Shown: in pieces, positions 7,876 to 10,295 of the stretch
How the letters are laid out: each line of letters opens with the position of its first letter
Position numbering within the stretch: position 1 is the stretch's first letter
Assembly: GCA_036149055.1 (NCBI GenBank)
Contig: JAYZQJ010000016.1
Coordinates: 1-10,295 of the forward strand
Source: Myxococcota bacterium
Lineage (GTDB): Bacteria > Myxococcota_A > Polyangia > Polyangiales > Sandaracinaceae
Reading direction: 5' to 3'
DNA: 10,295 nucleotides
Notes under the pieces: model-generated
Databases searched by the model: none
Told to the model about the DNA's origin: nothing
What the model saw: the letters and a program-made list of their open reading frames with translations, nothing else
Position numbers and translations under genes: made by a program

Positions 7876-8556
7876 ATGGCGAACGTCACTGCTCAGGATG
7901 TGAAGGCGCTGCGTGACCGCACCGGCGCTGGGATGATGGACTGCAAGAACGCGCTCGTGGAAGCCGAAGGCGACCAGGAGAAGGCGCTCGAGATCATCCA
8001 GAAGAAGGGCCTCGCGAAGGCGGCCAAGAAGGCCGGCGCGATCGCGGCCGAGGGCGTCATCCACGCGTACATCCACGCGGGGAGCCGCATCGGCGTGCTC
8101 GTCGAGGTCAACTGCCAGACCGACTTCGTGGCGCGCAACGAGGAGTTCAAGGCCTTCGTCGACGAGATCGGTCTCCAGATCGCGTCGTCGTCGCCGCTCT
8201 ACGTCCGCGAGACGGAGATCCCGGAAGAGGACGTCTCGAAGCAGACGAACATCTTCAAGGGTCAGCTCGAGGAAGAAGAGAAGCAGACCGGCAAGAAGCG
8301 CCCCGAGCAGGCCGTCGCGAAGATCATCGAAGGCAAGCTCGCCAAGTGGAAGAAGGAGGTCTGCCTCGAGGACCAGGAGCTGGTCACCCGCGAGGACAAG
8401 ACCACCGTCGCCAAGGCGAGCGAGAACCTCACCGTGAAGCTCGGTGAGAAGATCGCCGTCCGCCGCTTCACCCGGTACGAGCTCGGTGAGGGCATCGAGG
8501 TCCAGAAGAAGGACCTCGCCGCCGACGTCGCCGAGACCCTCGCCAAGGGCAGCTGA
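7876..8556 (+). CDS. tsf: Translation elongation factor Ts, short form (226 aa)
   Basis: [32 protein letters not shown] and [12 protein letters not shown] motifs, a purine-rich SD region, and canonical position after rpsB. Confidence 0.97.
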   Translation: MANVTAQDVKALRDRTGAGMMDCKNALVEAEGDQEKALEIIQKKGLAKAAKKAGAIAAEGVIHAYIHAGSRIGVLVEVNCQTDFVARNEEFKAFVDEIGLQIASSSPLYVRETEIPEEDVSKQTNIFKGQLEEEEKQTGKKRPEQAVAKIIEGKLAKWKKEVCLEDQELVTREDKTTVAKASENLTVKLGEKIAVRRFTRYELGEGIEVQKKDLAADVAETLAKGS

Positions 8557-8574
8557 GGCGACTACGTGATCCCG

Positions 8575-8608
8575 GAAGGCAGGGTCGTGATCCCACGGCC
8601 CTGCCTTC
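8575..8608 (+). terminator. 15-bp hairpin after tsf (probable terminator or stabiliser)
   Basis: GAAGGCAGGGTCGTG-ATCC-CACGGCCCTGCCTTC with one G-U pair and no U-tract. Confidence 0.55.
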
Positions 8609-8645
8609 GTCGTATCCAAACCCCGAATCCCCCAGGCCTGACCCG

Positions 8646-9380
8646 ATGACCGACGCCTCCCCCGACCTGCGCATCCGCCGCCTCATGCTCAAGCTCTCCG
8701 GCGAGGCCCTCTGTGGCGACACCGGCTACGGCGTCGATCCCGACACCCTGCGGAGCATCAGCGGTGAGATCGCCGAGGTCCGCGCGCTCGGCGCCCAGAT
8801 GGCGCTGGTGATCGGCGGCGGCAACATCTTCCGCGGCCTGCGGGGCAGCGCCCAGGGCATGGACCGCGCGAGCGCCGACTACATGGGCATGCTCGCCACG
8901 GTCATCAACGCCCTCGCGCTCCAGGACGCCCTCGAGAAGCTCAAGGTCCCCACCCGCGTGCTGAGCGCGCTCGAGATCCGGCAGGTCGCCGAGCCCTACA
9001 TCCGGCGGCGGGCCATGCGTCACCTCGAGAAGGGCCGCGTGGTCATCTTCGCGGCGGGGACCGGCAACCCGTTCTTCAGCACCGACACGGCGGCCGCGCT
9101 GCGGGCGATGGAGATCGGGGCCGAGGTGCTGGTGAAGGCGACCAAGGTCGACGGCGTCTACGACAAGGACCCCGAGAAGCACGACGACGCGGAGCTCATG
9201 CGTCGCATCAGCTACGACCGCGTGCTGGCCGACCGGCTCGCGGTGATGGACTCGACGGCCATCACGCTCTGCCGCGACAACCGCCTCCCGATCCGCGTCT
9301 GCTCGCTGAAGCGGCGCGGCACGGTGAAGCGGGTGGTCCTCGGCGAGGACGTGGGCACGCTCGTCCAGGAAGAGGGCTGA
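8646..9380 (+). CDS. pyrH: Uridylate kinase
   Basis: [47 protein letters not shown] and VDGVYDKDP motifs, plus synteny. Confidence 0.97.
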   Translation: MTDASPDLRIRRLMLKLSGEALCGDTGYGVDPDTLRSISGEIAEVRALGAQMALVIGGGNIFRGLRGSAQGMDRASADYMGMLATVINALALQDALEKLKVPTRVLSALEIRQVAEPYIRRRAMRHLEKGRVVIFAAGTGNPFFSTDTAAALRAMEIGAEVLVKATKVDGVYDKDPEKHDDAELMRRISYDRVLADRLAVMDSTAITLCRDNRLPIRVCSLKRRGTVKRVVLGEDVGTLVQEEG

Positions 9381-9435
9381 CTCCCGCGCCGGCCGGCGCT
9401 ACAGTCCGCCCCCGGAAATCGCTTGGGAGGAGAGC

Positions 9436-9993
9436 ATGATCAACGACGCCATCTCGGAGCTCGAGGACGCCATCAGCAAGGCCCACCAGGCCCTCAAGCG
9501 TGAGCTGTCGAAGCTTCGGACCGGCCGCGCCAGCCCCGAGCTGCTCGAGTCGATCAAGGTCGACTACTACGGCACCCCGACCCCCATCCACCAGATGGCG
9601 AGCGTCACGGTGCCGGAGGCCCGCAGCCTCCTCATCAAGCCGTGGGACAAGTCCACGATCCAGCTGATCGAGAAGGCGATCCAGACCTCGCCGGTCGACC
9701 TCAACCCGCAGAACGACGGCGAGATCATCCGGATCCCGATCCCGGCCCTGACCGAGGAGCGCCGCAAGAGCCTCACCAAGGTCGCGCGCGACTACGGCGA
9801 GCAGTGCAAGATCGCCATCCGCTCCGCGCGTCACGACGCCCGCGACTTCATCGAGGGGCTCAAGAAGGACGGCGACGTGGGCGAGGACGAGGCGGATCGT
9901 GGCCTGAAGAAGGTCGAGGCCGTCGTCCAGGATGCCAACTCGAAGACCGACGAGATCGTGTCGGCCAAAGAGAAGGACATCATGGAGATCTGA
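9436..9993 (+). CDS. frr: Ribosome recycling factor
   Basis: LRTGRASP, VDYYG, LNPQNDG and PALTEERRK motifs, 185 aa, SD GGAGG at 9426-9430, plus synteny. Confidence 0.97.
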   Translation: MINDAISELEDAISKAHQALKRELSKLRTGRASPELLESIKVDYYGTPTPIHQMASVTVPEARSLLIKPWDKSTIQLIEKAIQTSPVDLNPQNDGEIIRIPIPALTEERRKSLTKVARDYGEQCKIAIRSARHDARDFIEGLKKDGDVGEDEADRGLKKVEAVVQDANSKTDEIVSAKEKDIMEI

Positions 9994-9997
9994 GTCT

Positions 9998-10295
9998 TTG
10001 GGCGGGGTCGGGTCCGACCCCTCCCCCCCGCTGCGCCGTCACAACGATGTGCGCTGCGGGTGCTCCGCACCCTCCGCACACATCGCTGTGCCGGCTCCGC
10101 GGGGCCCCCCCAACCCACTCCGGGGCCTCGCTCCGCTCGGCCCCGACCCCAGCGCGGGGCGCTGGGTCCCCTGCGGCTCGCGCTCGCGCTACCGCGCGAG
10201 CTGGCCGCCTGTTCTTGTTGGGCAGGGGCGGGTCCGCCCCCGCCCCCCCGCTGCGGCGGCACAACGATGTTCGCTCCGGGCTTCGCCCTCCGCAA
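9998..10295. repeat. Multi-hairpin tandem repeat, 220-bp period: one full copy plus a diverged partial copy cut by the window edge
   Basis: 9998-10078 aligns to 10218-10294 (for example CACAACGATGT at 10040 and 10260). Hairpins lie at 10004-10021, 10026-10104, 10121-10145, 10148-10166 and 10173-10208. Confidence 0.88.

Noticed and set aside
6788..9834. Minus-strand ORFs opposite rpsB, tsf, pyrH and frr
   Set aside because: They are antisense shadows of conserved housekeeping genes.
9831..10295. ORFs 9831..10295 and 9980..10264, or a tRNA or intrinsic terminator after frr
   Set aside because: The ORFs are Gly/Arg/Ala-rich translations of the palindromic repeat. No cloverleaf or T-loop motif is present, and no U-tract follows the first hairpin.

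Overview
GC-rich bacterial chromosomal window. The secreted-protein families suggest a myxobacterium (Myxococcota), which is inference only. From left to right: a 72-bp-period palindromic repeat; a secreted, probable beta-barrel protein gene (-) translationally coupled to a 59-aa yacG that the ORF track missed; divergent corA and a cardiolipin synthase-like PLD gene; a lipoprotein with four Cys-containing PPC-like repeats; a convergent YcbK/MepK-like M15 peptidase (-); the housekeeping cluster rpsB (with its t44/S2 leader RNA)-tsf-pyrH-frr; and a second, 220-bp-period, highly structured repeat. Most of the window is ordinary. The best candidate for something undescribed is the pair of non-coding repeat arrays at the two ends. 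Each starts 1 nt after a TGA stop, they share a skeleton and a junction motif when read in the upstream gene's direction, and the right one shows compensatory stem changes. No transposase, Cas gene or other cognate enzyme is visible in the window.
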